Source: an uncultured Trueperaceae bacterium (GTDB lineage: Bacteria; Deinococcota; Deinococci; Deinococcales; Trueperaceae). Taken from it: DNA of 64,000 nucleotides. The translations under genes were made by a program, and so were the position numbers. Below, piece after piece: positions 9,223-18,637 of the stretch. The stretch lies in assembly GCA_963799485.1 (NCBI GenBank), contig CAWCXJ010000006.1, positions 256,001 to 320,000 of the forward strand, given 5' to 3'. The notes under the pieces were generated by a model. The model had not been told where the DNA came from, ran no database searches, and worked only from the letters and a program-made list of their open reading frames with translations. Position 1 is the stretch's first letter. Every line of letters starts with the position of its first letter.

Positions 9223-11068
9223 CTAGAGATTCCTCGAGCTGCTGCCGTCTGTTGATGTCGGCGTACCAGCCGCCCGCTGCGACGAGCCGTGCGTGCGAAC
9301 CCTGCTCGACGACGCGGCCCCCCTCTAACACCAAAATAAAATCCGTCCCCTCAAACGCCGTCACGCGGTGCCCCACGATGAGGCTTGTGCGCCCCGTGGT
9401 CACGCGCTCTAAGTTTTCTAAAATCAGCGCTTCGGTCTGCGTGTCGACTGCTGAAAGAGCGTCGTCTAAAATCAAAATACTCGGGTCGCGCACAATCGCC
9501 CGCGCCATCGCGGTGCGTTGCCGCTGTCCGCCCGAAAGCGTGACGCCGCGCTCACCCAAAGAGGTGTCGTACCCCTGCGGAAAGTCCTCCACGTCACCGG
9601 CGAGCTGTACCAACCGCGCAACCTGCTGCGCCTGCGCCCGCGTCTTTTCTGGCGTCTCTTCCGGCACCCCGTAGGCGATATTTTCAGCAATCGTATCGGA
9701 AAACAAAAACGGTTCTTGCGGTACCAGGCCGATGTTTTCGCGGAGCACCGCCACCGGATACCGTTTGACGTTGACGCCGTCGACTAAAACTTCACCTTCA
9801 TCCGGGTCGATCAGCCGGGCGATCAGGTTGACTACAAGCGTTTTGCCCGAACCCGTGTGCCCGGTCAAGCCGACCTTGTGCCCCGCTGGAATCTTGAAGC
9901 TTACCCGGTCTAACGCAACTGTGTCACCAAAGCGAACGGTGACGTTCCGAAATTCAACCGCGCCCCGCACCGTTTCCAGGCTGGTATCGGTGTCGGCGTC
10001 GTCGCTAACGCTCGGTTGGGCGTCGAAGATTTCACGCAACCGTCCCCATGAGGTAAAGCCGCGCTGCGCCATCGACGCAATCCAGCCGAGCGCCAGAATC
10101 GGCCACTGTATCTGCAAAAACAAGAATAAAAAATCGATAAACCCGCCGATGTTAAAGTTGCCGCTCAAAATAGCCCGCCCACCGAAAAGCAGCAAAACCG
10201 AGACCGTAAGGCCGAAAAGCATCTCCATCAGCGGGAAGAGCGGCCCGTCGGCTTTGGTCAGCGACAAGTTGCGGCGGATAAACTCGTTGTTGAGCGCCCC
10301 GAAACGTTCGGTTTCGCGCGCCTCGATGCCGAAGCCTTTGACGACCCGGATACCGCTAAAGTTTTCTTGTGCCATCGCCGAAACATCCGAAAGCTGCGTC
10401 TGCACCGCTTCGTAACGCCTGATGACGACGCGCAGCAAGACAAAAAAGCTGAGCGTAATGAGCGGGACGATAATCAGCGTCAGCAGGGCCAGGTTCGCGT
10501 CCAGATTAAACATCCGCCAGAAGGTAAAGCTTAAGAGAAGCGCCGTATTAAGGCCCTGAAAGATGCCGACGCCGATAAACTGCCGCACAGCGTTGAGGTC
10601 GGCGGTCAGCCTTGCCATGAGGTCGCCGACGCGGGTATCGTCGTAGTAGTCGCTGCCCAGCCGGGTAAAATGGGTGAACAGGTCGTGGCGCATATCGAAC
10701 TGAATCTCCCACGAGGCGTTCAGCATCGAGCGGCGCACGATAATCATGGCAATCGACGCAATGACCGCGAGACCGAAAATGGCCAGGACGTAAACCCACA
10801 CTGAACCGACGGGTGGGTCTTGCAGCCTCGAGACGACCTCCCCGAACGAACCGGCCCCACTAAAAATTCCGTTAAAAAAAGCCCAGGGCGTGCCGAGGGT
10901 GAGGGTTCCGGCTTCAAACGCGGCGGCAGCTGCGCCGATGACGCGCGGCGTCTGCACAAACGCGGCGCTGTAAACGACGAGCATGACTGCGCCGAGAGTA
11001 AATGCGCCCGGATAACGGCGGACATAACGAAAAAGGTCTTTTAGGGTCTGCACACGGGCCTCCTGCAA
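9212..11068 (-). CDS. ABC exporter, fused TMD-NBD (heterodimer subunit A)
   Basis: GHTGSGKT, LSGGQRQR, degenerate Walker B ILDDALSAVD; overlaps the partner gene. Confidence 0.93.
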   Translation of the reverse strand: MQEARVQTLKDLFRYVRRYPGAFTLGAVMLVVYSAAFVQTPRVIGAAAAAFEAGTLTLGTPWAFFNGIFSGAGSFGEVVSRLQDPPVGSVWVYVLAIFGLAVIASIAMIIVRRSMLNASWEIQFDMRHDLFTHFTRLGSDYYDDTRVGDLMARLTADLNAVRQFIGVGIFQGLNTALLLSFTFWRMFNLDANLALLTLIIVPLITLSFFVLLRVVIRRYEAVQTQLSDVSAMAQENFSGIRVVKGFGIEARETERFGALNNEFIRRNLSLTKADGPLFPLMEMLFGLTVSVLLLFGGRAILSGNFNIGGFIDFLFLFLQIQWPILALGWIASMAQRGFTSWGRLREIFDAQPSVSDDADTDTSLETVRGAVEFRNVTVRFGDTVALDRVSFKIPAGHKVGLTGHTGSGKTLVVNLIARLIDPDEGEVLVDGVNVKRYPVAVLRENIGLVPQEPFLFSDTIAENIAYGVPEETPEKTRAQAQQVARLVQLAGDVEDFPQGYDTSLGERGVTLSGGQRQRTAMARAIVRDPSILILDDALSAVDTQTEALILENLERVTTGRTSLIVGHRVTAFEGTDFILVLEGGRVVEQGSHARLVAAGGWYADINRRQQLEESLDAA

Positions 11069-11145
11069 GCACCTAACCTATCACGGCCCTCCAAATGAGA
11101 GTTGCCCCGCCCTTACATGTGGTCTAGGTCTGGTCTATAGCTGGT

Positions 11146-12297
11146 TTAAGGGAGAACCCTGAGGATCACGAACTTGAGATAGCGCCCCTCGAGAAACCCT
11201 GCCGGCACAGGATGGTCAGCAGCGTGTCCCGCCTCGTGAACGACCTGGACGCGCACGCCCGCACTTGCCGCCGCCTCGGCCAAAACGCGGCGAAAATCCT
11301 CGGGTGAAACCTGCGCGGTGCAGCTTGCGGTGGCTAAAAAGCCGCCCGGTGATACGCAGCGGAGCGCCTGCGCGTTGAGTTTGGTGTACGCCCGGAGCGC
11401 CGCAAAACGGCTTTTTTTGTTATGTGCCAATGAGGGCGGGTCGAGGACGACAACATCGAACTTTTCTTTACGTTTTACATACTCGGAAAGCAGCGCAAAC
11501 ACGTCTGTACTTAAAAAGGTATGCGCCTCCGGGCCGAAGGCGTTAAGGGCAAAATTGCGTCTGGCGTCTTCGGTTGCAGCCGGGGCAATATCGACGCTCG
11601 TCACGTGCGCGGCTCCGCCCCGGAGTGCGTAAAGTGAAAACGCGCCGGTGTAGCTAAACAAGTTGAGGACGCTTCTGCCTGCCGTAAAACCGGCGAGCGT
11701 TTGCCGGTTGTCGCGGTGGTCTAAAAACAACCCGGTTTTCTGCCCGTCGTAAAGGTTGGCGAGGAGCTTCAAGCCGTTTTCCTGAACGGTTAGTTCCGGC
11801 GGCGGCAGCTGGCCCCACAAGGCTCTGGTTTCGCCGGAGTCTCTCGAGACCACCCCTTTAAGCCTGAGCGACATCCCGAGAAGCCGCGCCACCTCCGGGA
11901 CGAGCGCCGAAACACTTTCGCTGTAGCTTTTTAAGACCGCAAAACGTTCGTAACGGTCGGCGGTAATTCCCGGCAAAAAGTCGCCTTCGCCGTAAAGCAG
12001 GCGGTAGCTGTTGGTATCCGGCCCGATAATTTCTGCCCGTAGTTCAAGGGCGTCCCTCACGCGCCCCTCGAGCCACTTGCCTTCCGGCAGCGCAGCGCCG
12101 AAAAGCCGCACCGCAATCTGCCCGTCAGCGTCAAACAACCCGTAAGCTTCGGCGCTCCCGGCCTTGACCCTTACCCAGTCGCCGGTTTGTAGTGAATGTT
12201 TGGGCAGGTGATTGCGGTAAACCCACGGATGACCGGATTTTAGCGCGGCTTCGAGGGTGGGCTCGAGGGTGAGGGTCGCTTCAAGAGGTACTGACAC
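11146..12297 (-). CDS. Class I SAM-dependent rRNA methyltransferase (RlmI-like)
   Basis: GHPWVY PUA-like start, GQKTGLFLDHR, LNLFSYTGAFS, VLDPP. Confidence 0.88.
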   Translation of the reverse strand: MSVPLEATLTLEPTLEAALKSGHPWVYRNHLPKHSLQTGDWVRVKAGSAEAYGLFDADGQIAVRLFGAALPEGKWLEGRVRDALELRAEIIGPDTNSYRLLYGEGDFLPGITADRYERFAVLKSYSESVSALVPEVARLLGMSLRLKGVVSRDSGETRALWGQLPPPELTVQENGLKLLANLYDGQKTGLFLDHRDNRQTLAGFTAGRSVLNLFSYTGAFSLYALRGGAAHVTSVDIAPAATEDARRNFALNAFGPEAHTFLSTDVFALLSEYVKRKEKFDVVVLDPPSLAHNKKSRFAALRAYTKLNAQALRCVSPGGFLATASCTAQVSPEDFRRVLAEAAASAGVRVQVVHEAGHAADHPVPAGFLEGRYLKFVILRVLP

Positions 12298-12326
12298 CCC
12301 TCAGCTTAACGAATTGCCGAAGAAAA

Positions 12327-12410
12327 GCAGTGAGTGAAAAGCTAATGAGCAATGAGAAAAGTTTTTACTCACTGCTTATTGCTCGGTACTCATTGCTCGG
12401 TACTCACTGC
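12327..12410. repeat. Heptamer tandem/inverted repeat hairpin (GCAATGA/GTACCGA/GCAGTGA units)
   Basis: Minus strand reads gcagtga gtaccga gcaatga gtaccga gcaataa gcagtga gtaaaaa, then inverted copies tcattgc tcattag ... ctcactgc. Confidence 0.8.
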
Positions 12411-13145
12411 TGCCTCGTAGTCGGTACGGTTGACGTAGCCGCTCGAGCCCCCGTACGACACGACCTGTCCGGCTCCGGCGACGATAACGGCGTCGTCCGG
12501 CACGTCTCTAACCACCACACAGTTGACGCCGACCGCGACGTTATCGCCGAGCTTTATCCCGCCGATGATTTTGGCTCCCGGTCCGATAAAAACGTTATCC
12601 CCGATTTGCGGCGTTCCCTGCCGCGCGCCCCGGTTCGACTGCCCAATCGTCACGCCGTGGCCGAGGTTGCAGTTTTTGCCGATGACCGCGCGACCGTTGA
12701 CCACGATATTGCCCAAGTGCTCTAAAAAAAGGCCCGGCCCGACCTTGGTCGTAGGCGGAATCCAGACGCCGTGTTTGTGCTGATAATGCCCGTACACGGC
12801 CCGCACGAACGGATAGAGCGTGCGGCGCAAGCGGGGCCGCGCCCGGCAAAAACTCGCGGTGCGAAACCAGAAAACGTGCTTGAACCCCATGTCGGTAGCG
12901 AGCGTTTTGAGGAAGGTTTTTAGCCCTGAACGCCCGGTTTTACGGTACAGGTCGGCGCGTAAAAGCTGACGGTAGCCGGGGCTCCTCTGAAGAGGCTGCG
13001 TTCGGGTTTCGACAAGGGATGTCGGCGCGGGACGCCTCGGCAAACGCTGCCGGTAGCTGCTCGGACGCGCCCGCAGCTGCGGCTGACGCGGTGTGAGACG
13101 CGCTTCGCCTGTCTTTTCGCCCATTTTGGGGTGTGGCTTGGTCAT
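12390..13145 (-). CDS. Serine acetyltransferase-like hexapeptide-repeat O-acetyltransferase (probably polysaccharide-related)
   Basis: Left-handed beta-helix repeats: VGPGLFLEHLGNIVVNGRAVIGKNCNLGHGVTIG...PQIGDNVFIGPGAKIIG. Confidence 0.82.
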   Translation of the reverse strand: MTKPHPKMGEKTGEARLTPRQPQLRARPSSYRQRLPRRPAPTSLVETRTQPLQRSPGYRQLLRADLYRKTGRSGLKTFLKTLATDMGFKHVFWFRTASFCRARPRLRRTLYPFVRAVYGHYQHKHGVWIPPTTKVGPGLFLEHLGNIVVNGRAVIGKNCNLGHGVTIGQSNRGARQGTPQIGDNVFIGPGAKIIGGIKLGDNVAVGVNCVVVRDVPDDAVIVAGAGQVVSYGGSSGYVNRTDYEAAVSTEQ

Positions 13146-13214
13146 GCCGTCACTTTAGCGAGCTGAGAGGTTTTTCACGGGGAAGTGGTCACACCGCCGG
13201 GATCTAGCGGTAGT

Positions 13215-13922
13215 CTAGCGCGCCGCCAGATGTTTGGCGCGCCGTAAAATTGCGTCAAACATCGCCGGGGTCAGCCTGCCGGTATTGGTGTTTTGCAAAC
13301 TTACGTGATAGCTGTCGAGCAGCGGCAGTGTATTTTGGGGAGCACCTTCAAAGATGTGCTGCGCGCCGTGAGCGAATTTGTAGGCAGCCTTGGTCGGCGC
13401 GTAGCCGCGCCGCTGCAACAGCTCCAAGTAACTCTCGTGCGCGATTTTGCCGAGCGCTAAAACAACCCGGAGCTGCGGCAAGCCGGCGAAGTCGCGTTCC
13501 AGCCAGCTCTGGCAGTTTGTCAGCTCGTCTTTGGTCGGTTTGTTGCCGGGTGGCGCGCAGCGAGCCGCTGCCGTAATAAAGACGCCGTTAAGTATCAGCC
13601 CGTCCGCGCGGCTTTGAGCGACCGGCTGGTTCGCTAAACCCGCGCGGTAGAGTGCCGGGTAGAGAAAACCGCCCGAACCGTCGCCCGTAAACATCCGGCC
13701 TGTGCGGTTCGAGCCGTGTGCACCGGGCGCGAGACCCAAGAGCAAAATACGCGCCTCCGGGTCGCCGAAACCGGGAACAGGGCGGCCCCAGTACGGTTCA
13801 TTTCGGTAGCTGCGGCGCTTTTCGCGGGCGACCTGTTCACGGTGTTCGACCAGCCGCGGGCAGCGCGTACAAGTCAGCAGCGCGTCCGGGGCCGGGTCGT
13901 ACCCGGTCTCAGGCTCAGCCAA
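13215..13922 (-). CDS. Uracil-DNA glycosylase, family 5 (UdgB-like)
   Basis: CTRCPRL Fe-S ligands, GLAPGAHGSNRTGRMFTGD, YHVS..NTNTGRLT. Confidence 0.9.
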   Translation of the reverse strand: MAEPETGYDPAPDALLTCTRCPRLVEHREQVAREKRRSYRNEPYWGRPVPGFGDPEARILLLGLAPGAHGSNRTGRMFTGDGSGGFLYPALYRAGLANQPVAQSRADGLILNGVFITAAARCAPPGNKPTKDELTNCQSWLERDFAGLPQLRVVLALGKIAHESYLELLQRRGYAPTKAAYKFAHGAQHIFEGAPQNTLPLLDSYHVSLQNTNTGRLTPAMFDAILRRAKHLAAR

Positions 13923-15075
13923 GCTCGAGTCCTGTCTTTAACCGCTCTAGCGCCTCATCGACAATCGCCGCCGAGGTTGCAAAGTTGAGCCGCGCGAAAC
14001 CTTCTCCGCCGGGGCCGTAGGGCGGGCCTTCGTTTAAGCCGACGCCGCACGCCAAAAGTTTCTCGTACACCGCGTCGCCCAGCTTCAGGCCGCTCAGCTC
14101 GAGCCACGCCAGATACGTCCCTTCCGGCGCACTGTAACGACCTTCCGGTAAGTAAGCCTCAGCAAATGTCGTCACCCGGTCACGGTTACGCTGCAGATAC
14201 TCCAAAGTTCCTGAGAGCCACGCGCTCCCCTCGGTATAGGCCACCCTCGCCGCCGTCTGCGCCATCACATTGGGCGGCGTCACGAGCCCTGCGCCCACCC
14301 GTTCCAGCCGCTCCCGCAGCGCCGCATTTTGGGCGATGACAAAGCCGATCTTAAGCCCGGCGATATTAAACGTTTTGGTCGGCCCCAAAAGCGTCACCGT
14401 GCGCTCGGCAATCTCGTCACCCAGCGAGGCAAACGGGATGTGCTGCTGACCGGGGTATACCAGGTCGCTATGCAGCTCGTCCGAGACGACCCACAAACGG
14501 TGCCGTAAAACAACCTCGGCTAACGCTCCCAACTCCCCCCGCTCAAACACCCGCCCGGTCGGGTTGTGCGGATTGCAGATCATCAGCAGGCGGGTTTCGG
14601 GCGTGATGGCGGCTTCCAAACCGTCTAAATCCATCTCCCACCGTGACCCCGACCAGACCAGCGGGCTGTACTGTAGGGCGCGTCCGCTGTCGTTTACGGC
14701 GGCGATAAAGGGCGGATAGATGGGCGTCTGCAAGAGCACCCCTTCGCCCGCCGAGGCGCACGCCAGCGCCCCCAGATAGAGGCCCGGCACGATGCCGTGA
14801 ACCGGCATGATGTCGCCCTCGTCTACCCCCCAGCCGTGCCGCTCGTGCAGCCACGCCGAGAGTGCCTCACGTAAGCCCGGTTCGCCCGTAGTGTAGCCTG
14901 TCGGATACCCCAGATTGCCACTCCGGGCGCGCTCGGCTAACGCCTGCGTAATCACGTCAGCGGGTGAAAAGTCCATGTCGGCGACCCACAAGGGCAACAC
15001 GTCGCCATCAAAATACGTCCACTTCCTACAGTTTTTTGCCCGCATCGCCTCGAGCGTTACATCAAAAGAGGTCAT
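13915..15075 (-). CDS. PatB/MalY-family PLP-dependent C-S lyase
   Basis: LPLWVADMDF, CNPHNPTGRV, SDELHSDL, PTKTFNIAGL, RLNFA; start set at 15075 from TACACT-N6-ATG. Confidence 0.9.
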   Translation of the reverse strand: MTSFDVTLEAMRAKNCRKWTYFDGDVLPLWVADMDFSPADVITQALAERARSGNLGYPTGYTTGEPGLREALSAWLHERHGWGVDEGDIMPVHGIVPGLYLGALACASAGEGVLLQTPIYPPFIAAVNDSGRALQYSPLVWSGSRWEMDLDGLEAAITPETRLLMICNPHNPTGRVFERGELGALAEVVLRHRLWVVSDELHSDLVYPGQQHIPFASLGDEIAERTVTLLGPTKTFNIAGLKIGFVIAQNAALRERLERVGAGLVTPPNVMAQTAARVAYTEGSAWLSGTLEYLQRNRDRVTTFAEAYLPEGRYSAPEGTYLAWLELSGLKLGDAVYEKLLACGVGLNEGPPYGPGGEGFARLNFATSAAIVDEALERLKTGLELG

Positions 15076-15121
15076 CTGTAGAGTGTAGCAGCCGCCAGAC
15101 TCGAGCAACTAGACTGGTGGA

Positions 15122-16096
15122 ATGAAACTCCAGCTAAACGTCCCCGAATGGGCGACCGCCACCGTCTCCGACCTGACCGATATGGACCGGAACCCGCACC
15201 CGGTAGACGCCCGTAAAGTCGTAAGCTTTGCCTTAGAGCTACCTGATGATGTGTACTTCGAGTACGCCTTTTTAGATGCAGCGGGCAACATGCGCGCCGA
15301 CCCCGAACAAGGCGCGCGCGCCGACAATCCCTGGTACAAAGAGGTGAGCGCGGTTTACGGCCCCGAGTATGAGCCCAACCCTTACGCCAAACCAGATGAA
15401 ATGCCGGTAGGGGAGACGAAACGTTTGAGGCTCGAGTCCCGGCACCTGCAACAAACCAAACGCGTAAGTATCTACACGCCTAAAGGTTTTGAGACCGACC
15501 CGCTGCCGGTCGTGTACGTCCAAGACGGCGTGGCCTTGTACCGCTACGCCAAACTGCATTTGGTTTTAGAAAACCTTTTACGGGGCGCGCTGGTGCGTCC
15601 GGCGCACTTGGTCTTTCTCGAGCCCACCAACCGCACGCAAGAATACGGCTTTAACGAGGCGTACCGAAAATTCGTGTTGGAAGAAGCGCTGCCGCAGGTT
15701 GAAGAAACCGTTTCTGTTACCGACGAACGAACTGCTTTAGGTGCGAGCCTGGGCGGTCTCGTCAGCGTTCTTTTGGCGCTGGATAAACCCGAGTTGTTCC
15801 GCAGCGTGGTGAGCTTTTCCGGAGCTTTTTTAGGTGCGCCCGATGACCAGGACTTTTACCGGAGCAAACAGTCTTGGGTGCTTGACGAACTCAAACAACG
15901 CGACCGGTTGCCGCTGCGGTTTTATACCGAAGTCGGAACGTTAGAGTGGTTGACCGAGATCAACCGTAAAGTGGCGCACGTCTTAGACGACAAGGACTAT
16001 GCACATGTTTACGCCGAGCGCAGCGCGGGGCACAACTGGACGAACTGGAAAAACGGTTTTCGGGGGGCGCTGACGTTTGCACTCGAGGTAAACTAG
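15122..16096 (+). CDS. Alpha/beta-hydrolase esterase (enterochelin esterase-like)
   Basis: VYVQDG, nucleophile elbow GASLGG, GHNW. Confidence 0.85.
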   Translation: MKLQLNVPEWATATVSDLTDMDRNPHPVDARKVVSFALELPDDVYFEYAFLDAAGNMRADPEQGARADNPWYKEVSAVYGPEYEPNPYAKPDEMPVGETKRLRLESRHLQQTKRVSIYTPKGFETDPLPVVYVQDGVALYRYAKLHLVLENLLRGALVRPAHLVFLEPTNRTQEYGFNEAYRKFVLEEALPQVEETVSVTDERTALGASLGGLVSVLLALDKPELFRSVVSFSGAFLGAPDDQDFYRSKQSWVLDELKQRDRLPLRFYTEVGTLEWLTEINRKVAHVLDDKDYAHVYAERSAGHNWTNWKNGFRGALTFALEVN

Positions 16097-16104
16097 AGGC
16101 GCTG

Positions 16105-16422
16105 ATGAATGTGCTCACCATTCAAGACGACCTGAAACTCGTTCGGCAGCTTGTCTTGGACGGGTTAGCTGACTGTCCCGCAAACGTGTATTTATTCGGC
16201 TCACGTGCCACCGGAACGTCTCGCCCCACTTCCGACATCGACGTGGCGGTGTGGCCACTCGCTGAGCTGCCCCGTGGAACGCTCGCGCTGATTCGTGAAG
16301 CGTTAGACGAAAGCCTCGTTCCTTTTACAGTTGATTTGGTAGATTTGCGCGATACCGATGAAGGATTTCGGGCGCGGGTTCTAGCTGAAGGGATAGCGTG
16401 GCACGAACCCAAGAACGTTTAG
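16105..16422 (+). CDS. Minimal nucleotidyltransferase (MNT) antitoxin
   Basis: LFGSRATGTSRPTSDIDV (GS-X10-DxD), VDLVD. Confidence 0.9.
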   Translation: MNVLTIQDDLKLVRQLVLDGLADCPANVYLFGSRATGTSRPTSDIDVAVWPLAELPRGTLALIREALDESLVPFTVDLVDLRDTDEGFRARVLAEGIAWHEPKNV

Positions 16423-16796
16423 CAGTTGCACAAAAGGCGCTCGGTACGCTTCAGACTCTTTTGGCGACAAAAGAGGTATCGGATATTGTCAGAGACGCAG
16501 CGATTCAGCGGTTTGAATACAGTTTTGAAGCAGTCTGGAAAGCAGCACAAGCGTATTTGTCCGAAGAAGGACTTACGGCAGCGTCACCTCGAGCAACGAT
16601 TCGCGCCTCGCTCGCGGTCGGCGTGTTGGACGAAACCGCCACCAGACTTGCCCTCAAAATGCTTGACGACCGTAACCTAAGCGTCCACACCTATAACGAA
16701 ATGTTGGCTGAGGCGATCTTTGCTCGACTTGGTGAACACGCGCAGGTCATGGCGGCGTGGTTAGGGGAGATGGAACGTAGCGCGGCAAGGATTTGA
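16398..16796 (+). CDS. HEPN-domain toxin (HI0074 family)
   Basis: RDAAIQRFEYSFE, RNLSVHTY (R-X4-H-X-Y); overlaps the MNT gene. Confidence 0.9.
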   Translation: MARTQERLAVAQKALGTLQTLLATKEVSDIVRDAAIQRFEYSFEAVWKAAQAYLSEEGLTAASPRATIRASLAVGVLDETATRLALKMLDDRNLSVHTYNEMLAEAIFARLGEHAQVMAAWLGEMERSAARI

Positions 16797-16846
16797 GTGC
16801 GCTTCTTCCGTTCGGCTTGACCTTGTGCTGCGCTAAACTGAGCAGT

Positions 16847-17038
16847 ATGACGCAAACCCTAAAAGAGAAGCTCGAGGCACTCCCTGAGCCGCTGCAAAAA
16901 GAAGAAGACTTCGTTGACTTCTTGCTGTCCAAACGTGCCGCAGAGAAGCCAAAAGGGTTTTCCTTCTCTTGGGCGGGGGGACTGAGCGATTTCAAAGAAG
17001 CAACGACTTCTGTTGCTTTGCAACATGGGATTCGGTGA
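16847..17038 (+). CDS. DUF2281-like antitoxin, no adjacent toxin
   Basis: KLEALPEPLQKEEDFVDFLLSK...FSWAGGLSD...SVALQH; TAAACT 7 nt upstream. Confidence 0.65.
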   Translation: MTQTLKEKLEALPEPLQKEEDFVDFLLSKRAAEKPKGFSFSWAGGLSDFKEATTSVALQHGIR

Positions 17039-17042
17039 AGCG

Positions 17043-17255
17043 ATGATACCGAAGTATGAAGTTGTTAGCTTTTGGAGCAACGACGACGCCTTTATCGCTG
17101 AGGTTCCTGAACTGCCGGGATGCGCGGCGCACGGCGACACGCCCGAAACTGCACTGAGCCAAGCACAAGCAGCCATGCAGCTCTGGCTAAAGACTGCTGA
17201 GGAGTTCGGCGACTCTATCCCGGAGCCTAAAGGCCGCCGCTTGCTGTTCGCCTAA
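17043..17255 (+). CDS. hicB: HicB-family antitoxin, no adjacent hicA
   Basis: FIAEVPELPGCAAHGDTPETAL...WL...GDSIPEPKG. Confidence 0.85.
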   Translation: MIPKYEVVSFWSNDDAFIAEVPELPGCAAHGDTPETALSQAQAAMQLWLKTAEEFGDSIPEPKGRRLLFA

Positions 17256-17340
17256 TGTCTCTACAACTCATAAGTCAGTACCAAGCGAAGCTCGAGCGCC
17301 TCATCGCTTACGGCGGTTCTCGTAATAAAAACTTCCGTGC
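17255..17340 (+). pseudogene. N-terminal remnant of a type ISP restriction-modification enzyme
   Basis: ATG overlaps the hicB stop (TAATG); MSLQLISQYQAKLERLIAYGGSRN(K), then TSV in a shifted frame, resembles the start of ISP/N-6 methylase proteins as recalled. Confidence 0.6.
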
Positions 17341-17385
17341 CGAAGACTTTAAGCACGGAAGGAAAAGCGCCTTATACAGACTATA

Positions 17386-18543
17386 TCAATATGTTCCAGA
17401 TGCAGTAGCGATAACGTAAGCACCTGACGACGAAGTTTCTTTGTAGATACTACCCCGCTTGTAAATGCGAACAGTTACATCACCTCGCGCGCACTGGTTT
17501 TGTGCGCTGATATAGAGAAAGGTGCCGCTACGAACGCCACTGTCAACAGTGTAGACGTAGCCGTTACCAAAATCGCGCTGAGCGGTTCCGCCGTCAGCTG
17601 TGGCGTAGGTTGTCGAAACGCGCCCGCAATCTGAGTTGACCCAGTAACGCAGAGCAGCTTCTTGAGGCTCAGGTGGTTTGGAGTCTTGTACCGTTATCCT
17701 TACACCTGCGTCGTCGCTCCCGTCGTTATTCGTTGCCGTGAGCGTGTAGGTTGTGGTTTTGTCTGGCTTGACTGCGACATTTGAGCCTGTCACTTCGCCT
17801 ATACCGGGAGAGATGCGTAACGTATCTGCTTCATCGACATCCCAGCTTAAAGTGATTGAGTCGCCGGTTTCGATTGACCTCGAGCTTGCTGTGAAGCTAT
17901 TAATAACTGGAGGTTTCGAGATAGGCGCAGGGTCAGTAGGTGGAATCGGGGGTGTTGGGTCGGTCGGGGGGGTTGGCGTGGTCGGCGGTTCAACCGGCGC
18001 TGGTTGTAAGGTGCGTGCTTCACCTACACGAGTCGCTGAAATATAACCTTCTGCAAATGTATTCGAGCCGTCCAGCATCCCGCCAGACCCCTCGATAACT
18101 TGTCTGCCTTGCGAATCTGTGGCTGCTGCGTTGTCTGTATCGTCTCCGGTAAAGAACAACTCATTATCAAGTATGGATACTGATAGTGCTACTCTGCCCG
18201 AGCCATATTTGAAGTCTCCAATAGAACCAAAGCCACTTGTGGTAGCGCCACTGACGTAATCGCATACAGTACTGCTTTGGCAAACTATTGCTAAGCCAGC
18301 TCCGCGAGTAATTCCATTGGAGGTAGCCTTACGGGTAATATTAAGTGCATAGGTAGAAACCTCACCACTGATGCTTGAGACAAAAGAAACACGCCATTCG
18401 CCCGCAAACGGTACGGCATCGGAATCGCTAGGTGTTTCCGGAGGTGAACTGGTCGGTGGCTCTTCTGGTGGTGTAGTCGTACCGGTTTGACTGCCGCACG
18501 CAGCAAGTAAGAAAACGAAGGCCAAAGGTAGAATTTGTCGCAT
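17386..18543 (-). CDS. Multidomain lipoprotein (Pro/Thr linkers, PKD/Ig-like domain, C-terminal beta domain)
   Basis: SD AGGAGG; MRQILPLAFVFLLAAC lipobox; PVINSFTAS...TLSWDV...TTTYTLTATN; visibly AT-richer than its flanks. Confidence 0.8.
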   Translation of the reverse strand: MRQILPLAFVFLLAACGSQTGTTTPPEEPPTSSPPETPSDSDAVPFAGEWRVSFVSSISGEVSTYALNITRKATSNGITRGAGLAIVCQSSTVCDYVSGATTSGFGSIGDFKYGSGRVALSVSILDNELFFTGDDTDNAAATDSQGRQVIEGSGGMLDGSNTFAEGYISATRVGEARTLQPAPVEPPTTPTPPTDPTPPIPPTDPAPISKPPVINSFTASSRSIETGDSITLSWDVDEADTLRISPGIGEVTGSNVAVKPDKTTTYTLTATNNDGSDDAGVRITVQDSKPPEPQEAALRYWVNSDCGRVSTTYATADGGTAQRDFGNGYVYTVDSGVRSGTFLYISAQNQCARGDVTVRIYKRGSIYKETSSSGAYVIATASGTY

Positions 18544-18637
18544 CAGTCTCCTCCTGATGCCGCTCCAGACTTTGGAGAGGCATAATTCTTGCGTGACTAC
18601 ATCCCCCGATATCGGTATCCACACAGAAATAATAACC

